DNA from: an uncultured Planctomycetales bacterium
Lineage (GTDB): Bacteria; Planctomycetota; Phycisphaerae; SM23-33; FEN-1343
Assembly (NCBI GenBank): GCA_964535025.1
Contig: CAZHRW010000176.1
Coordinates: 1 to 60,742, forward strand
Direction of reading: 5' to 3'
DNA: 60,742 nucleotides
The position numbers and the translations under genes are program-made. This document shows positions 19,941-36,793 of the stretch, piece after piece (within the stretch, counting starts at the first letter, position 1; each line of letters begins with the position of its first letter). The notes beneath the pieces are model-generated. The model was not told the DNA's origin, searched no databases, and worked only from the letters and a program-made list of their open reading frames with translations.

Positions 19941-20564
19941 CTATTTCGCACCTTCCAGCAGCGCGTCCATCGCCTGGCGGGAGACGATCATCTTCTGCCG
20001 CCTGGCGACGTCCCAGGCGTTCAACTCCTCCACGGTCCGCACGTCGGTCTTGGGGATGTTTCGCGCCGAACGGTAGATCACCTCGTCGCGCTGGGCCAGC
20101 GCCAGCAGGCAACTGCGATGGACCTGCAGCTTGTCCAGCAGGGCCGCGATGGTTTTGGTCTTGGGAGCGTCGAGCGTGAGGTCTTGAACGACGAGGAGGT
20201 CTTCACCGAGGAGCTTGGCCAGGATCGCCGACTGCAGCGCCCTGCGCCGCATTTTCTTGGTCAGCGTGTGGCGGACCGGACAGGGGCGCTTGGCGAAGGC
20301 CACGCCCCCGCCCCGCAGCAGGTTTGTGGTGCGGCTGCCGCGGCGGGCGTTGCCGGTGCCCTTCTGGCGGAACAGCTTGCGGGTCGAACCGGACACGTCC
20401 CCGCGGCTGCGGTTGTTGGCCGAGCCCTGGTGACTGTTGGTGTGGTAGGCCACCACCGCCTGCTTGAGCAGGGCCGCGTTCACTTCGCCGCCGAAGGCGG
20501 CCGGGTCAACCTCGAGCGTTTCCACCGGGTTGCCCTGCATGTCGTATACCGGAACTTCCAACAT
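19941..20564 (-). CDS. rplD: 50S ribosomal protein L4
   Basis: RQKGTGNARRG, RGGGVAF. Confidence 0.97.
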   Translation of the reverse strand: MLEVPVYDMQGNPVETLEVDPAAFGGEVNAALLKQAVVAYHTNSHQGSANNRSRGDVSGSTRKLFRQKGTGNARRGSRTTNLLRGGGVAFAKRPCPVRHTLTKKMRRRALQSAILAKLLGEDLLVVQDLTLDAPKTKTIAALLDKLQVHRSCLLALAQRDEVIYRSARNIPKTDVRTVEELNAWDVARRQKMIVSRQAMDALLEGAK

Positions 20565-20587
20565 GGCGCCTATCCTTACACGCGGCC

Positions 20588-21250
20588 TTACGTGGCCGCC
20601 GCTTGCTTGGTCTTGCTGGTCTTGACGAAGACGAGCCCGCCTTGGGGACCGGGGACCGCCCCCTTGATGAGGAGCAGATGGTTTTCCGCATCGATCGCGA
20701 CCAGCCGGTGGTTGCGGCTCGTGCAACGAACGTTGCCCATCTGCCCGGCCATGCGCTTGCCCTTCTTGAGGCCGCCGCTGCTGCCGAGCTGGTTGCCGTG
20801 CGACGCGATGGACCCCGGCGAGCGGTGCTTGCGCTCGACGCCGTGGCTGGCACCCAGGCCGCGAAAGTTGTGGCGCTTCATCACGCCGGCGAACCCCTTG
20901 CCCTTGCTCGTGGCGGTCACATCGACCCACTGGACGCCGTCGAACGCCTCGACGGTGAGGGTCTGGCCCGGTTCGACATCCCCGGCCGGCTCGGTCAGGC
21001 GGACCTCGCGGTAGACCCGCGAAGGCTTTACGCCGGCGCGGCCGGCGTGGCCGATGAGCGGCTGGGTGGCGCGGTGGGGCCGGAGGGGCTCAAACCCGAT
21101 CTGGACAGCGTCGTAGCCGTCGCGTTCGACGTCCTTGATCTGGGTGACGGTGCACGGCCCGGCCTGCACGACGGTCACCGGGCAAAGCGCACCGGCCTCG
21201 TCGTACACCTGAGTCATGCCGAGTTTTCGTCCCAACAACGCTGCCTGCAT
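20588..21250 (-). CDS. rplC: 50S ribosomal protein L3
   Basis: GRKLGMTQ, SKGKGFAGVMKRH. Confidence 0.97.
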   Translation of the reverse strand: MQAALLGRKLGMTQVYDEAGALCPVTVVQAGPCTVTQIKDVERDGYDAVQIGFEPLRPHRATQPLIGHAGRAGVKPSRVYREVRLTEPAGDVEPGQTLTVEAFDGVQWVDVTATSKGKGFAGVMKRHNFRGLGASHGVERKHRSPGSIASHGNQLGSSGGLKKGKRMAGQMGNVRCTSRNHRLVAIDAENHLLLIKGAVPGPQGGLVFVKTSKTKQAAAT

Positions 21251-21360
21251 CGTTCAATCCTTTTCGCGTTGCTTCGCTTCACCCGATCCGCCGCAGCCGA
21301 CGCGGCCGCGACCAACTTCCGACCGATGGTGGCATTAAGCTTCCGCTCCCCCCGACCGTC

Positions 21361-21669
21361 TTAAGCCTTGATTTTCACAAAGACACCCGCCGGCACGACC
21401 AGGCGGTTGAGCGCCTCGATCGTCCGGACGGTCGGTTCATAGATGTCGATGACCCGCTTGTGGGTCCGCATCTCGAACTGTTCGCGACTCTTCTTGTCCA
21501 CGTGGGGGCCTCGCAGCACGGTGTACCGCTCCGTCCGCGTGGGCAGCGGGATGGGGCCGCGAACGCGGGCGCCGGTCCGCTCGGCGTGATCGACGATCTC
21601 GCGCGCCGAGGTATCCAGCGACCGATGGTCGTAGGCTTCCATCCGAATGCGAATCTTGTCTTGCAACAT
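21361..21669 (-). CDS. rpsJ: 30S ribosomal protein S10
   Basis: [19 protein letters not shown]. Confidence 0.97.
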   Translation of the reverse strand: MLQDKIRIRMEAYDHRSLDTSAREIVDHAERTGARVRGPIPLPTRTERYTVLRGPHVDKKSREQFEMRTHKRVIDIYEPTVRTIEALNRLVVPAGVFVKIKA

Positions 21670-21758
21670 CGCTGCGTCTCTCCGTCACCGCCACCGGAAG
21701 TTCCTGCCCGTGAGGGCGCTTACGTGCGGTGCCCTGGTCAGTTTTGCAGAGTCGATCC

Positions 21759-21786
21759 AGCTTACTGATATCCATCCGCTTGTCAA
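21759..21786 (-). promoter_or_regulatory. Putative sigma70 promoter for the S10 operon
   Basis: TTGACA-16 nt-TAAGCT upstream of rpsJ. Confidence 0.55.
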
Positions 21787-21825
21787 CGCGTCACCGGGCA
21801 CTTTTGTGACTTTTTTCGCGCCCAC

Positions 21826-23901
21826 CTACACAAATTTCAACAACCCGTCGGCAATATTGCGGGGCACCACGGCATAGTGGCTGGGTTCCATGGTGCTGGT
21901 GGCCCGGCCCTGGCTGGCGCTCCGCAGCGAGGTCGAATACCCGAACAGCTCCGCCAACGGCGCCTTGGCCGTGATCACCCGCATCGAATGCCGCACCGTC
22001 ATATTGACGATCTCTCCACGGCGGGCGTTCAGATCGCCCGTCACGGCACCCAGGAATTCCTCCGGGCAGGCGACCTGGAGACTCATGATCGGTTCCATAA
22101 AGCTCGGTGACGCCTGGCCTACCGCCTCCTCCAACGCCGCCGCCGCCGCCTGGGCGAAGGCCATCTCACTGCTGTCGACCGGGTGGGACTGGCCGGAGAG
22201 GATCGTCACGCGGATGTTCTCCAGTGGATAGCCCGCCAGGTGGCCGCTCTGGGCGGTATCCGTGACAGCCTCCTCGATGGCCTTGTGGAACTCCTTGGGG
22301 ATCTCCTCGCCCTTGACCTCGTTGACGACCTTGACCGGCGGTTCGCCGGTCTCGGGGGCGAACGGCTCCACCCGCAGGCGGACCACGCCAAAATGTCCCC
22401 GGCCGCCGATCTGACGGACAAACCGGCCCTCGCCCTCACCCACGCCGGTGACGGTCTCCTTGTACGCCACGCGGGGCTTGCCCACCTTCACGTCAACGCC
22501 GATATCGCGACGAAGCTTGTGATGGAGGATCTCCAGGTGCAGTTCGCCCATGCCGCTGATGAGCGTCTGGCCCGTCTCGACGTCCTGGTGGTACTCGAAC
22601 GTCGGATCCTCCCGCCGCAACGTTTCGAGGGCCTCGGCGAGCTTGTTCTTGTCGGCCGAGCTGCGCGGCTCGATCGACATGCTGATGACCGCCTTGGGGA
22701 ACTCCATGCGTTCCAGGACGATCGGCTTCTTGGCATCGCACAGCGTGTCGCCCGTCAGGCTGTGTTTGCAGCCGACCAGGGCGACGATATCGCCGGCGTG
22801 CACCTGATCGCGACGGATCCGCTGCTTGGCGTACATCTCCCAGATGCGTGATACGATTTCCTTCTTGTCGCGCACCGGGTTGTACACCCGCGTACCGGCC
22901 TTGAGCGTTCCGCTGTAAATCCGCGTGAAGTACAGGTCCCCGTGGGGGTCGGAGGTGATCTTGAACACCAGGCCGCAGAAGGGCTCATCGTCCGCCGCCT
23001 TGCGCGTCAACTCCTTGTCGCTGTCGAGGCTCTCGTGCCCGACCACCGGCGGCACATCCACGGGACTGGGCAGATACCACACAATGGCGTCCAACAGCGG
23101 TCGTACCCCCATATGTTTGAGCGCCGACCCGCAGAGCACCACCTGCAAGGCATTGGCGCACGTGGCACGGCGGATGGCGGCGCGGAGGTCGTCGGGGCTG
23201 ATCGGCTCGTCGTTGATGAACCTGGCCATCAACTCATCGTCGACCTCGGCGACCCGCTCGATCATCTCGTGGCGAGCCGTCTCGGCCAGATCGACCATAT
23301 CCTCCGGAATCGGCTCGATATGCATGTCGGTGGCCACGTCCGCCGGCGTGTACAGATAGGCCTTCTGCTCGATCAGATCGATCTGGCCGCGGAAGTCGGC
23401 GCCGGCGCCGATGGGCAGTTGGATCGCCACGGGGTTGCTGGAGAGGCGTTCGCCGATCTCCTCGACGACCCGGTCGAACTCCGCCCCGAGCCGGTCCATC
23501 TTGTTGACGAAGCACAGGCGCGGCACACGATAGCGGGCGGCCTGCCGCCAGACGGTTTCGCTCTGGGCCTCGACGCCGCCGACGCCGCAGAACACGGCCA
23601 CCGCTCCGTCGAGCACGCGCAGGGCGCGTTCGACCTCGACGGTGAAGTCCACGTGGCCGGGGGTGTCGATCAGGTTGATCGTCTGGTCCCGCCATGGGCA
23701 CGTCGTCGCCGCCGAGGTGATGGTGATCCCGCGCTGCTGCTCCTCGACGAGGTAGTCCATGACCGCGGTCCCGTCGTGGACCTCGCCGATCTTGTAGGTC
23801 TTGCCCGTGAAGTAGAGCACCCGCTCGGTCACGGTCGTCTTGCCGGCATCGATGTGGGCCATGATGCCGATGTTTCGTATTGTGCTCAACAAGCGAGCCA
23901 C
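21826..23901 (-). CDS. fusA: Elongation factor G
   Basis: [34 protein letters not shown]. Confidence 0.97.
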   Translation of the reverse strand: MARLLSTIRNIGIMAHIDAGKTTVTERVLYFTGKTYKIGEVHDGTAVMDYLVEEQQRGITITSAATTCPWRDQTINLIDTPGHVDFTVEVERALRVLDGAVAVFCGVGGVEAQSETVWRQAARYRVPRLCFVNKMDRLGAEFDRVVEEIGERLSSNPVAIQLPIGAGADFRGQIDLIEQKAYLYTPADVATDMHIEPIPEDMVDLAETARHEMIERVAEVDDELMARFINDEPISPDDLRAAIRRATCANALQVVLCGSALKHMGVRPLLDAIVWYLPSPVDVPPVVGHESLDSDKELTRKAADDEPFCGLVFKITSDPHGDLYFTRIYSGTLKAGTRVYNPVRDKKEIVSRIWEMYAKQRIRRDQVHAGDIVALVGCKHSLTGDTLCDAKKPIVLERMEFPKAVISMSIEPRSSADKNKLAEALETLRREDPTFEYHQDVETGQTLISGMGELHLEILHHKLRRDIGVDVKVGKPRVAYKETVTGVGEGEGRFVRQIGGRGHFGVVRLRVEPFAPETGEPPVKVVNEVKGEEIPKEFHKAIEEAVTDTAQSGHLAGYPLENIRVTILSGQSHPVDSSEMAFAQAAAAALEEAVGQASPSFMEPIMSLQVACPEEFLGAVTGDLNARRGEIVNMTVRHSMRVITAKAPLAELFGYSTSLRSASQGRATSTMEPSHYAVVPRNIADGLLKFV

Positions 23902-24280
23902 ACCTAGTCCTTACTCATGACGCGCGCACACAGCCTGTGCGCGTGCTTGTCACACCGTCAAACCGGCGCACCGTTCGGAGGTCTCCGGCGGAGGTCTCCG
24001 CAGCGTGCAGCCCTTATCCCATGCTGATAGATCAGGGTTGTTTCGTGTCCGTCGCGAGTGCGACGGAACGCCGGCTTTGTGGCAAGCCGGTCCGGTTGTC
24101 GGTATCTCAAGCGGTCCAACCGCGGCCGACACGACCGCGGCGCCTTTTCTGAGCCCCGGCGTACACCTGCCCGACCTCGGCCGGGCCAGACACCGGGGTC
24201 GCCCGCGCGGACGCACCCGCGAGCGATTCACTTCATACCGTCTAAGCCCATGCGGGCTTTCGGCATACGTCAACAACAGC

Positions 24281-24303
24281 AAGGCCCGCCGGAAGCGGGC
24301 CTT
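24281..24303 (-). terminator. Hairpin immediately after rpsG
   Basis: AAGGCCCGC-CGGAA-GCGGGCCTT; weak U tail. Confidence 0.4.
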
Positions 24304-24308
24304 GATCG

Positions 24309-24785
24309 TTACCACGCGAAGTGCGCGAACGCCTTGTTGGCGTCGGCCATGCGGTGCACGTTGGTGCGCGTCTGCATGGCGGTCCCTTCGCGTTTGTAAG
24401 CGGCCATCAGTTCAGCGGCCAGGCGCTGGCTCGTCGGCGAGCCGGATCCGCCCCGGACGGCCTGCAGGATCCAGCGGACGGCCAGCGACTGCTGCCGCTT
24501 GCGATTGACCTGCATGGGCACCTGGTAGTTCTGGCCGCCAATTCGCTTGGAACGCACCTCGATGGCGGGCTTGACGTTGTTCAACGCCGTCTCGAACACC
24601 TCGAGGGGTTCGGCGTCGCTGATCTTGGAGGCAATGATGTCCATCGCATCGTAAAAGACCCGCTGAGCCACGGACTTCTTCCCGTCGAACATCAGGCAGT
24701 TGATGAACTTACTGACAGTCTTGCTGCCGTACCGAGGGTCCGGTTTGAGCTGCTCGGCCGACTGGGTGTACGATTTGCCTGGCAT
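24309..24785 (-). CDS. rpsG: 30S ribosomal protein S7
   Basis: [17 protein letters not shown]. Confidence 0.97.
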   Translation of the reverse strand: MPGKSYTQSAEQLKPDPRYGSKTVSKFINCLMFDGKKSVAQRVFYDAMDIIASKISDAEPLEVFETALNNVKPAIEVRSKRIGGQNYQVPMQVNRKRQQSLAVRWILQAVRGGSGSPTSQRLAAELMAAYKREGTAMQTRTNVHRMADANKAFAHFAW

Positions 24786-24920
24786 GGGTGTCTTTCCTCG
24801 TGTGTCACGCCCGTCCCAACCTCGATCGGTTCAGCGGCCCCGCGGGGCATCCGCGCTTACTGCGACCCGATCCGCTCGGGTCGTCGTCGAGGCGTTCTTC
24901 GATTCTAAGCTCCAGCGCTC

Positions 24921-25310
24921 TCACTTGGGGCGCTTGGTGCCGTACTTGCTGCGTCCCTGGCGCCGGGGGCCCCAGTTTTCCTGCTCGGCCAGTCCCGCGC
25001 AGTCCAGCGAGCCGCGGACGACGTGATAGCGCACGCCCGGCAGGTCGCGAACGCGGCCGCCGCGGACCAGCACGATGCTGTGCTCCTGCAGGTTATGCCC
25101 GCAGCCGGGGATGTACGCCGTCACTTCGCGCCCGTTGCTCAGGCGGACGCGGGCCACCTTCCGAAGCGCCGAGTTGGGCTTCTTGGGGGTCTGGGTCTTG
25201 ACCAGCAGACACACCCCGCGCCGCTGGGGGCAGTGCTCCAGGGAGACGTTCTTCTTCTTGGTCACCTGCTTCTTGCGACCGTTCCGGACCAGTTGGTTGA
25301 TCGTAGGCAT
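24921..25310 (-). CDS. rpsL: 30S ribosomal protein S12
   Basis: [25 protein letters not shown]. Confidence 0.98.
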   Translation of the reverse strand: MPTINQLVRNGRKKQVTKKKNVSLEHCPQRRGVCLLVKTQTPKKPNSALRKVARVRLSNGREVTAYIPGCGHNLQEHSIVLVRGGRVRDLPGVRYHVVRGSLDCAGLAEQENWGPRRQGRSKYGTKRPK

Positions 25311-25389
25311 TCCAGATTCCGTCAGTTGCTGCGGCCGCGCCCGGGCGTCTGGGGCCGGGGCGCCGGCTGCATGGAGTCTTTCCGGTTCG

Positions 25390-29703
<4,314 letters not shown>

Positions 29704-29764
29704 AGTCGTTCGCTCCTGTGTGGAACGCCCTCGTCTATTGTCGATCATTGCCGGCGCGGGCCGG

Positions 29765-32700
29765 TCAGATGAGTCGCTTCTTTTCCAGTTGGATGTTCAG
29801 GCCCAGCCCGCGGATCTCGTTGCACAGCACGTCGAAGCTCACCGGCGTGCCGGCCTCGAGGGTATTGGTGCCCTTGACCATCGACTCGTAGATCTTGGTG
29901 CGGCCCTCGACGTCGTCGCTCTTGACGGTGAGCAGTTCCTGGAGGGTGTAGCTGGCGCCGTAGGCTTCCAGACCCCATACTTCCATCTCGCCGAAGCGCT
30001 GGCCGCCGGTCCGCGCCTTGCCGCCCAGCGGCTGCTGGGTAATCAGCGAGTACGGCCCGGTCGACCGGGCATGGATCTTGTCGTCGACGAGGTGGTGGAG
30101 CTTGTTCATGTAGATGTACCCGACGGTCACCTTCTGCTCCAGCGGCTCGCCGGTCCGCCCGTCGTAGACGACGATCTTCCCGTCGAGGGGCATCTCGGCA
30201 AGTAGTTCGCCGGTCCGACCGGCGTCCTGGATCACCGCGACATCCTCGCGGCGCTGCCGGACGTACCCGTTGGCCTCGTCGATGGCGGTGAAGATCTCCT
30301 CTTCGCCGGCGCCGTCGAACACCGGGGTGACCGCCTGGAAGCCCAGCACGGCGGCGGCCCACCCGAGGTGGGTTTCGAGGATCTGCCCGACATTCATGCG
30401 ACTCGGCACGCCCAGCGGGTTGAGGCAGATGTCCAGGGGCGTCCCATCCTCGAGGAAGGGCATGTCTTCCACCGGCAGGATGCGGGCGATCACACCCTTG
30501 TTGCCGTGACGGCCGGCCATCTTGTCGCCGACGCTCAGCGTCCGCTTGGTCGCCACGTAGACCTTGACCATCTCAAGCACGCCGTTGGGCAGCTCATCGC
30601 CCCGCTTCATGTGGGCCAGGCGGCGTTCCCGTTCGTGGATGATGCCCTGGATCTGCGGCCAGTACCGTTCGTAGACCCGCGCGGCCTGTTCCTTGGCGGC
30701 GGCCTTGGAGGTCTTGGCCCAGTCCAGCGAGAAGGTCTCGATCTGTTCCATCAGCACCGCTTCCAGATCGCTCTGGCCCACCCGCTGGCGGGTCGCCGGG
30801 TCGACCATCTCCGAACCGAGCACTTCATTCATCTCCGCGCACATGGCGCGGAAGAGATTCAGCAGCCTGCGGTTCATCTGGGCGGTATAGGCGTCCATGT
30901 CCGCCTTCAGCTCGGCCTTCTGCTCGTCGGTCATGTGCACCCGACGGCTGAACCGCTGGGTGGCGATGACGACGCCCTCCTCCCCGGCCGGCAGTGTGAG
31001 CGAGTCGTTCTTGACGTCCTCGCCGGCGCGGCCGAAGATCGCGTGGAGCAGCTTCTCCTCCGGGGACAGCTCGCTCTTGCTCTTGGGGGCCACCTTGCCC
31101 ACCAGGATGTCCCCGGGCTGGATGTGCGTGCCGACCCGGACGACGCCGTTGATGTCGAGGTTCGCCAGGGCCCGCTCCGAGACGTTCGGGATGTCGCGGG
31201 TGAACTCCTCGCGCCCGAGCTTGGTCTCGCGGATCTCCGCGTCGTAGTCCTCGATGTGGATCGAGGTGAACGTGTCGTCCTTGACGAGCTTCTCGGAGAT
31301 GAGGATGGCGTCCTCGAAGTTGTACCCGTCGAACGTCATGAACCCTACCAGCAGGTTCTTGCCCAGCGCCAGTTGGCCGTCGGCACAGGCCGGGCCGTCG
31401 GCGATGATCTCCCCGGCCTTGACCCGCTGGCCCTCGGTGACGACGGGCTTCTGGTTCAGGCAGGTCCGCTCGTTGAGGCGGGCGAACTTGCGCAGCTCGT
31501 AGGTCTCGGCGTTATCCAGGACGATCCGCTCGGCGTCGACGTACGTGACGGTGCCGGCCTTGCGGGCCCGGATCACCATGCCGCTGTTGGCCGCGACGAT
31601 CTTTTCCATGCCGGTCGACACGACCGGCGCCTCGGTGCGGACGAGCGGCACGGCCTGGCGCTGCATGTTCGAGCCCATCAGCGCCCGGTTGGCGTCGTCG
31701 TGCTCGAGGAACGGAATCAGGGCCCCCGACACGCCGACGGTCTGCTTGGGCGAGATGTCGACGTAGGCGATCTGCTCGCCCTCGACGAGGGTCACCTCGC
31801 CGCGGTCCCGGGCGAGTTGCGACCCGTCGGGGATCGACGTACGGACCTTGCCGCCGTCCTCGCCCCGGATGACCTCCGGCGGCGCCAGGGCCAGCTTCAT
31901 CTCCTCGTCGGCGCGGAGATACTCGACATCCTCGGTGATCTTCCCCTTGGTCACCTTGCGGTAGGGCGTCACCAGGAACCCGTAGGCGTCGACCTCGGAA
32001 TAGATGCTCAGCGAGCTGATCAGGCCGATGTTGTTGCCCTCGGGCGTTTCGATCGGGCAGATGCGCCCGTAGTGGCTGATGTGCACATCGCGCACCTCGA
32101 ACCCGGCCCGCTTGCGGTTCAGGCCGCCGGGGCCCAGCGCCGAGAGGCGCCGCTCGTGGGTCAACTGGCTCAGCGGGTTGGTCTGGTCGACCACCTGGCT
32201 CAGTTCGCTGCGGCCGAAGAAGAAGTCGATGCTCGACGAGACGCTCTTGGAGTTGACCAGTTCGGCGATCTTGGTGATGCTCTCCTGGTCCTTCATGCTC
32301 ATGCGTTCCTGGACCGTCCGCCGCAGCTTGAGGAACCCCTTGCGCAGCTCGTCGGTGGCCAGTTCGTCGATGGTCCGCAGCCGGCGGTTGCCGAGGTGGT
32401 CGATGTCGTCGACCACGCCCTCGCCGCTGCGGAGGGCGAAGATGTACTTGAGGCAGTGGATGAAGTCCGCCGGCCGCAGGACCAGGTCGTTCTCGTCGAT
32501 GTCCAGGTCGAACTTGCGGTTGATGCGGAACCGCCCCACCTGCCCGAGCCGGTAGCGGTTGTCGTCGTAGAACTTCTCCTCGAACAGCGTCTTGGCCTTG
32601 TCCAACTGCGGCGGGTTGCCCGGGCGCAGGCGGCTGTACAGCCGCAGCAGCGCCGTGTCGTGGCTGTCGGCGGCATCCTCGGACAGGGTGTTGAGGATCA

Positions 32701-33535
32701 GCGGGTCGGCAACCTTCTTGACCACCGCGACCTTCTTGATCGACGACGCCTGCACGCGGGTGAGCGCCTCGCCGATCTGGTTGCCCGCCTCCACCAGCAG
32801 TTCGCCGCTCTCGGGATCCACGATCGCCTCGACGGCGTACATCTGCGGCTTGAGCTGGGTGACGGTCACGTCGCTGACCGGGTAGAACTCCCGGATGATC
32901 GCCTCGCTCGTGCCGTACTTCTCATCCATCGCCCGCAGAAACGTCGTGGCCGGGATCTTGCTCGACTGATCGATCCGGATCGCCAGCGAGTCCTTCTTCG
33001 TGACGGCCAGCTCGATCCAACTGCCCCGCTCGGGGATGATCCGCGCGCCGTGCAGCGGCCGGTCCGATTCGGCCATCTCCACCGTGAAGTCCACGCCCGG
33101 CGACCGGTGCAACTGGCTGACGATCACCCGCTCGGCGCCGTTGATGATGAACTCCCCGCCGCCGATCATGATCGGCATCTCGCCGACGTAGATCGCTTCC
33201 TCCAGCACGTCCTCCCGCTCGCTCATGCGCAGGCGGCAGGTGATCCGGAACGGCTTGCCGTACGTCAGCCGCAACTGGCGACACTCGTCCGGCGTGTAGC
33301 GGGGCTCACCCAGATCGTAGTCGACGTACTCCAACACCATCGACTCGTCGTAACTCGTGATGGGGAAGATCTCTTTGAGCAGCCCTTCCAGGCCCTCGCT
33401 CTTCCGTTTCGCCGCCGCCACGTCCTCCTGCAGGAAGCGCGCGTAGCTGGCCGTCTGAATCTTGATCAGATCCGGAATGGGGACCGCGTCGCCGATCTTG
33501 GAAAAATCCCTGACTCGTTCCATGCGAAACATCAT
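29765..33535 (-). CDS. rpoB: RNA polymerase beta subunit
   Basis: [22 protein letters not shown]; exact start (33535/33532/33523) uncertain. Confidence 0.98.
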   Translation of the reverse strand: MMFRMERVRDFSKIGDAVPIPDLIKIQTASYARFLQEDVAAAKRKSEGLEGLLKEIFPITSYDESMVLEYVDYDLGEPRYTPDECRQLRLTYGKPFRITCRLRMSEREDVLEEAIYVGEMPIMIGGGEFIINGAERVIVSQLHRSPGVDFTVEMAESDRPLHGARIIPERGSWIELAVTKKDSLAIRIDQSSKIPATTFLRAMDEKYGTSEAIIREFYPVSDVTVTQLKPQMYAVEAIVDPESGELLVEAGNQIGEALTRVQASSIKKVAVVKKVADPLILNTLSEDAADSHDTALLRLYSRLRPGNPPQLDKAKTLFEEKFYDDNRYRLGQVGRFRINRKFDLDIDENDLVLRPADFIHCLKYIFALRSGEGVVDDIDHLGNRRLRTIDELATDELRKGFLKLRRTVQERMSMKDQESITKIAELVNSKSVSSSIDFFFGRSELSQVVDQTNPLSQLTHERRLSALGPGGLNRKRAGFEVRDVHISHYGRICPIETPEGNNIGLISSLSIYSEVDAYGFLVTPYRKVTKGKITEDVEYLRADEEMKLALAPPEVIRGEDGGKVRTSIPDGSQLARDRGEVTLVEGEQIAYVDISPKQTVGVSGALIPFLEHDDANRALMGSNMQRQAVPLVRTEAPVVSTGMEKIVAANSGMVIRARKAGTVTYVDAERIVLDNAETYELRKFARLNERTCLNQKPVVTEGQRVKAGEIIADGPACADGQLALGKNLLVGFMTFDGYNFEDAILISEKLVKDDTFTSIHIEDYDAEIRETKLGREEFTRDIPNVSERALANLDINGVVRVGTHIQPGDILVGKVAPKSKSELSPEEKLLHAIFGRAGEDVKNDSLTLPAGEEGVVIATQRFSRRVHMTDEQKAELKADMDAYTAQMNRRLLNLFRAMCAEMNEVLGSEMVDPATRQRVGQSDLEAVLMEQIETFSLDWAKTSKAAAKEQAARVYERYWPQIQGIIHERERRLAHMKRGDELPNGVLEMVKVYVATKRTLSVGDKMAGRHGNKGVIARILPVEDMPFLEDGTPLDICLNPLGVPSRMNVGQILETHLGWAAAVLGFQAVTPVFDGAGEEEIFTAIDEANGYVRQRREDVAVIQDAGRTGELLAEMPLDGKIVVYDGRTGEPLEQKVTVGYIYMNKLHHLVDDKIHARSTGPYSLITQQPLGGKARTGGQRFGEMEVWGLEAYGASYTLQELLTVKSDDVEGRTKIYESMVKGTNTLEAGTPVSFDVLCNEIRGLGLNIQLEKKRLI

Positions 33536-33733
33536 CTTGACCCTCGATCTGGATCACCCAGCGCTGCACGCCGGCTGGCGATCTCGTCGAAACGACCGCC
33601 AGCCGCATGATGTATGGTCAACGCCCTCGGGGGCGATTCGGTGAATACGAAACAGCGCACAGAGATCGCCTGCTCTCCCGGCATCCAACCGAGCGAAGTA
33701 GGCGACCTCCGGCGCGATTTAACGATATACTCT

Positions 33734-33761
33734 ATTGTAGCGCCCCATCAGCGTCAGGCAA
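33734..33761 (-). promoter_or_regulatory. Putative promoter upstream of rpoB
   Basis: TTGCCT-16 nt-TACAAT just after the rplL stop. Confidence 0.45.
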
Positions 33762-33767
33762 CTACCA

Positions 33768-34187
33768 CTACTTCAGTTCGACCGTCCCGCCGGCTTCTTC
33801 CAGGGCCTTCTTGGCCTCTTCGGCCTCGTCCTTGCTGACGCCTTCCTTGACCGGCTTGGGCGCCCCGTCGACCAGCTCCTTGGCTTCCTTGAGGCCCAGG
33901 TTCGTCAGGGCGCGGACGGCCTTGATCACCTGGATCTTCTTGTCGCCGGCATCCTTGAGGACCACGTCGAAGCTGGTCTGCTCTTCCGCCTCGGCGGCGC
34001 CGCCTTCGCCACCGGCGGCCGGCCCAGCCATCATTACGGCTCCGCCGGCGGCCGGTTCGATCTCGTAGGTATCTTTCAGGTACGCCGCCAGGTCCACCGC
34101 CTGCTTGAGCGTCAGTTCCGCCAGCTTGTCGCCCAGTTCCTTGATCTGGGGGGCGACCTCTTTGGTCTCAACAGCTTCGTCCGCCAT
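33768..34187 (-). CDS. rplL: 50S ribosomal protein L7/L12
   Basis: [17 protein letters not shown]. Confidence 0.97.
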   Translation of the reverse strand: MADEAVETKEVAPQIKELGDKLAELTLKQAVDLAAYLKDTYEIEPAAGGAVMMAGPAAGGEGGAAEAEEQTSFDVVLKDAGDKKIQVIKAVRALTNLGLKEAKELVDGAPKPVKEGVSKDEAEEAKKALEEAGGTVELK

Positions 34188-34305
34188 GTCCAACTCCAGT
34201 CTATGTCAACGTCAACGCGACCTGATAGGTGAGGCTCCCATAGCCTCATTTAACCCAGCCGGGCCAATCCGCAGTCGCTGATGCTCTTGTTACCGGCCCA
34301 CCGCC

Positions 34306-34836
34306 TCACGCCTCGGCCGTCTCGCCGCGCTCTTGGAGCGCCTTGAGGATCCCGCCGATCATGCCGCCGGGGCCGAGCAGGGCGCCGACCAGCCGGCCGC
34401 CGGGCCCGAGGGCCGCCCCGGCCAGCGTGCCCAGGGCTTCGCCGCGGGTGGGCAGCTTGCTGAGCTGCTCGACCCGCTCGGGGCCGGCGTAGACCTCCCC
34501 GTCCATGTAAGCGCCCTTGACGCTCAGGGTGGGGATCTTCTTGGCCCGACCGAGGATCTCCCGGACCACGTCCACGACGCTCTCGGCGCCGAACGCCACC
34601 GCGCTGGGGCCGTCGAGCAGCTCGGCGGCCGCTTCGAGGCCCAGGTCGTCGAAGGCCTGGCGGGCCATGGCGTTCTTGACAACCATCACGTGGATGTCTT
34701 TCTCGAGCAGTTCGCGGCGGAGACGGTTATTGGTGTTGCCGTCGATGCCGATGACGCTCACGACCGCCATGTCGCTGACGCCTTCCAGGCGCCGGTGGAT
34801 CTCTTTACGAATGAGGTTCTTGACTGGTTTGCTCAT
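34306..34836 (-). CDS. rplJ: 50S ribosomal protein L10
   Basis: VVKNAM, LSKLPT; position. Confidence 0.95.
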   Translation of the reverse strand: MSKPVKNLIRKEIHRRLEGVSDMAVVSVIGIDGNTNNRLRRELLEKDIHVMVVKNAMARQAFDDLGLEAAAELLDGPSAVAFGAESVVDVVREILGRAKKIPTLSVKGAYMDGEVYAGPERVEQLSKLPTRGEALGTLAGAALGPGGRLVGALLGPGGMIGGILKALQERGETAEA

Positions 34837-34850
34837 TGCCGTACCGCCTG

Positions 34851-35531
34851 TCAGACCTCGACGGGGACCGCGGGGGTCATCGTCGCGGTGATGAAAACTT
34901 TCTTGAAATACGTACCCTTGGCCGCCGCGGGCCGGCGCCGTCGGATGTGCTCGATGAAGAACTCGGCGTTCTCGGTGAGCGTTTGGGGCTCGAAGCTCAT
35001 CTTGCCGATCGGCACCTGGATGTTCCCGCCTGGGTCGTTGCGATACTCCAGCCTGCCGGCGCTGAATTCGGAGACGGCCTGGGCGACCTCCGTCGTGACG
35101 GTCCCGCTCTTGGGGCTGGGCATCTTACCCTGCGGGCCCAGGACGCGTCCCAGACGGCTGACCAGGCGCATCATCGGCGGGGTGGCGACGGCGACGTCGA
35201 AGTCCATCCACCCATCCTGCACCTTCTTGACCAGCTCTTCCCCGCCGGCGTCCACCGCCCCGGCCGCCTTGGCCGCCTCCACATCGGGGCCTTCGCAGAA
35301 GGCGACCACCTTCTTGCTGGCGCCGACGCCGTGCGGCAGCGACACCGACCCGCGGAGGGCCTGGTCGGCCTGACGGGGGTCGATCCCGAGGCTCATCACC
35401 ATTTCGACGGTCTGGTCGAACTTGGTTTTCTGGAAGCCCAGCAGGCACTGGACGGCCTGCGGGACGGGCACCGGCGCGGGCGGGACCTTTTCCAGGTCCG
35501 TCCGCCAGCGTTTGCCATGCTTGTTCGCCAT
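34851..35531 (-). CDS. rplA: 50S ribosomal protein L1
   Basis: KFDQTVE, LPHGVG, LGPQGKMPSPKSGT. Confidence 0.97.
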   Translation of the reverse strand: MANKHGKRWRTDLEKVPPAPVPVPQAVQCLLGFQKTKFDQTVEMVMSLGIDPRQADQALRGSVSLPHGVGASKKVVAFCEGPDVEAAKAAGAVDAGGEELVKKVQDGWMDFDVAVATPPMMRLVSRLGRVLGPQGKMPSPKSGTVTTEVAQAVSEFSAGRLEYRNDPGGNIQVPIGKMSFEPQTLTENAEFFIEHIRRRRPAAAKGTYFKKVFITATMTPAVPVEV

Positions 35532-35635
35532 GGACAACTCCTTTCGCCGCCGCGGCGGCTCCCACTGGATTGGGGGTCCGTGGTCCGACCCTCAAAGGTT
35601 GCGCCGTCCGCACCGCGGCGCGGCGCACGATGGTT

Positions 35636-36061
35636 TCAGTCCGTCACCTCCAACCCCATGGACCGCGCCGTGCCCATCACCTGCCGGCACGCCGCGTCGA
35701 GGTCGAAGGCGTTCAGATCGGCCTTTTTCGTCTCGGCGATGGTCCGCACCTGGTCCATGGTGACGCTGCCGACCTTCTCGGTATGCGGGACGCCGGAGCC
35801 CTTGGCGATGCCGGCGGCCTGCTTGAGCAGCACCGCCGCCGGCGGGCTCTTGACCTCGAAGGTGAACGTCCGATCGCCGTAGACGCTGATCACGACGGGG
35901 ATCGGCATCCCGTTGGCCTCGCGGGTTCGCTCGTTGAACTGCGAGACGAACTGTCCGATATTGACCCCGTGCTGGCCCAGGGCCGGCCCGATGGGCGGGG
36001 CGGGGGTGGCCTGTCCGCCGGGGGCCTGCAACTTGATGATCGCTGCAACTTCTTTCGCCAT
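35636..36061 (-). CDS. rplK: 50S ribosomal protein L11
   Basis: [19 protein letters not shown]. Confidence 0.97.
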   Translation of the reverse strand: MAKEVAAIIKLQAPGGQATPAPPIGPALGQHGVNIGQFVSQFNERTREANGMPIPVVISVYGDRTFTFEVKSPPAAVLLKQAAGIAKGSGVPHTEKVGSVTMDQVRTIAETKKADLNAFDLDAACRQVMGTARSMGLEVTD

Positions 36062-36201
36062 GGTCTTGACTCTTCTGTTGGGTCCGCCGCCCCTGCCGGG
36101 GCCGCCGGTCGTCAGGTCTCTCGGGTCGTCCCGCCGCACCCCTGACGGCAGGCATCGAGCCCGTCACTTTTCGTCTCAAGGTCCCCCGTTCCCGCTGGCG
36201 G

Positions 36202-36756
36202 TCAGGCCTTTTCCACCTGCCAGTATTCCAACTCCACGGGGGTGGCGCGGCCGAAGATGGTGACGATGACGCGGACCAGGCCCTTGTCGGCCAGGACCTC
36301 GTCGACGGTGCCCTCGAAGTTCTCGAAAGCGCCTTCCTTGATCTTCACCGCGTCGCCCTTTTCGAACTCCACCTGCATCGTCGCCGCCTCCTCGGGGCGG
36401 TCGACCTGCATGAGCATCTTGTCCACGTCGGCGGCATCCATCGGGGTCGGCTTGCCGGCCGAGCCGATGAAATCGCCGACGCCCATCGTTTCCTTGATCA
36501 GGAACCAGGCGTCCTCGCCGATCGAGCCGTCCTCGCCCAGTTCCATCTCGATGAAGACGTAGCCGGGATACATCTTCCGCTCGACGAACTTCTTATCGCC
36601 GGGCTTGCGCTGGGGCTTGGGCCGTCGTTCGGTCGGGACGATGATCCGTCCGACGATGTCCTCGAGCCCTTCGATTTTGACTTTCCGTTCCAGCGCGTCG
36701 CGCACCGACATTTCCTTGTTGGACGCAACTCGCAGAACGTACCATTGCTTAGCCAT
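36202..36756 (-). CDS. nusG: Transcription factor NusG
   Basis: WYVL, YPGYVF, IFGRATPVEL. Confidence 0.97.
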   Translation of the reverse strand: MAKQWYVLRVASNKEMSVRDALERKVKIEGLEDIVGRIIVPTERRPKPQRKPGDKKFVERKMYPGYVFIEMELGEDGSIGEDAWFLIKETMGVGDFIGSAGKPTPMDAADVDKMLMQVDRPEEAATMQVEFEKGDAVKIKEGAFENFEGTVDEVLADKGLVRVIVTIFGRATPVELEYWQVEKA

Positions 36757-36793
36757 CTGCAGCCATTCCCACCGGCGGCGCGGGCGACGTCGG

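Noticed and set aside
30368-33610. Very long plus-strand ORFs opposite rpoB (likewise 47572-53151, 5943-8207, 27373-29772)
   Set aside because: Antisense shadows caused by high-GC codon bias of real minus-strand genes
34837-34850. L10 leader RNA before rplJ
   Set aside because: Only 14 nt between rplA and rplJ, so there is no room for it
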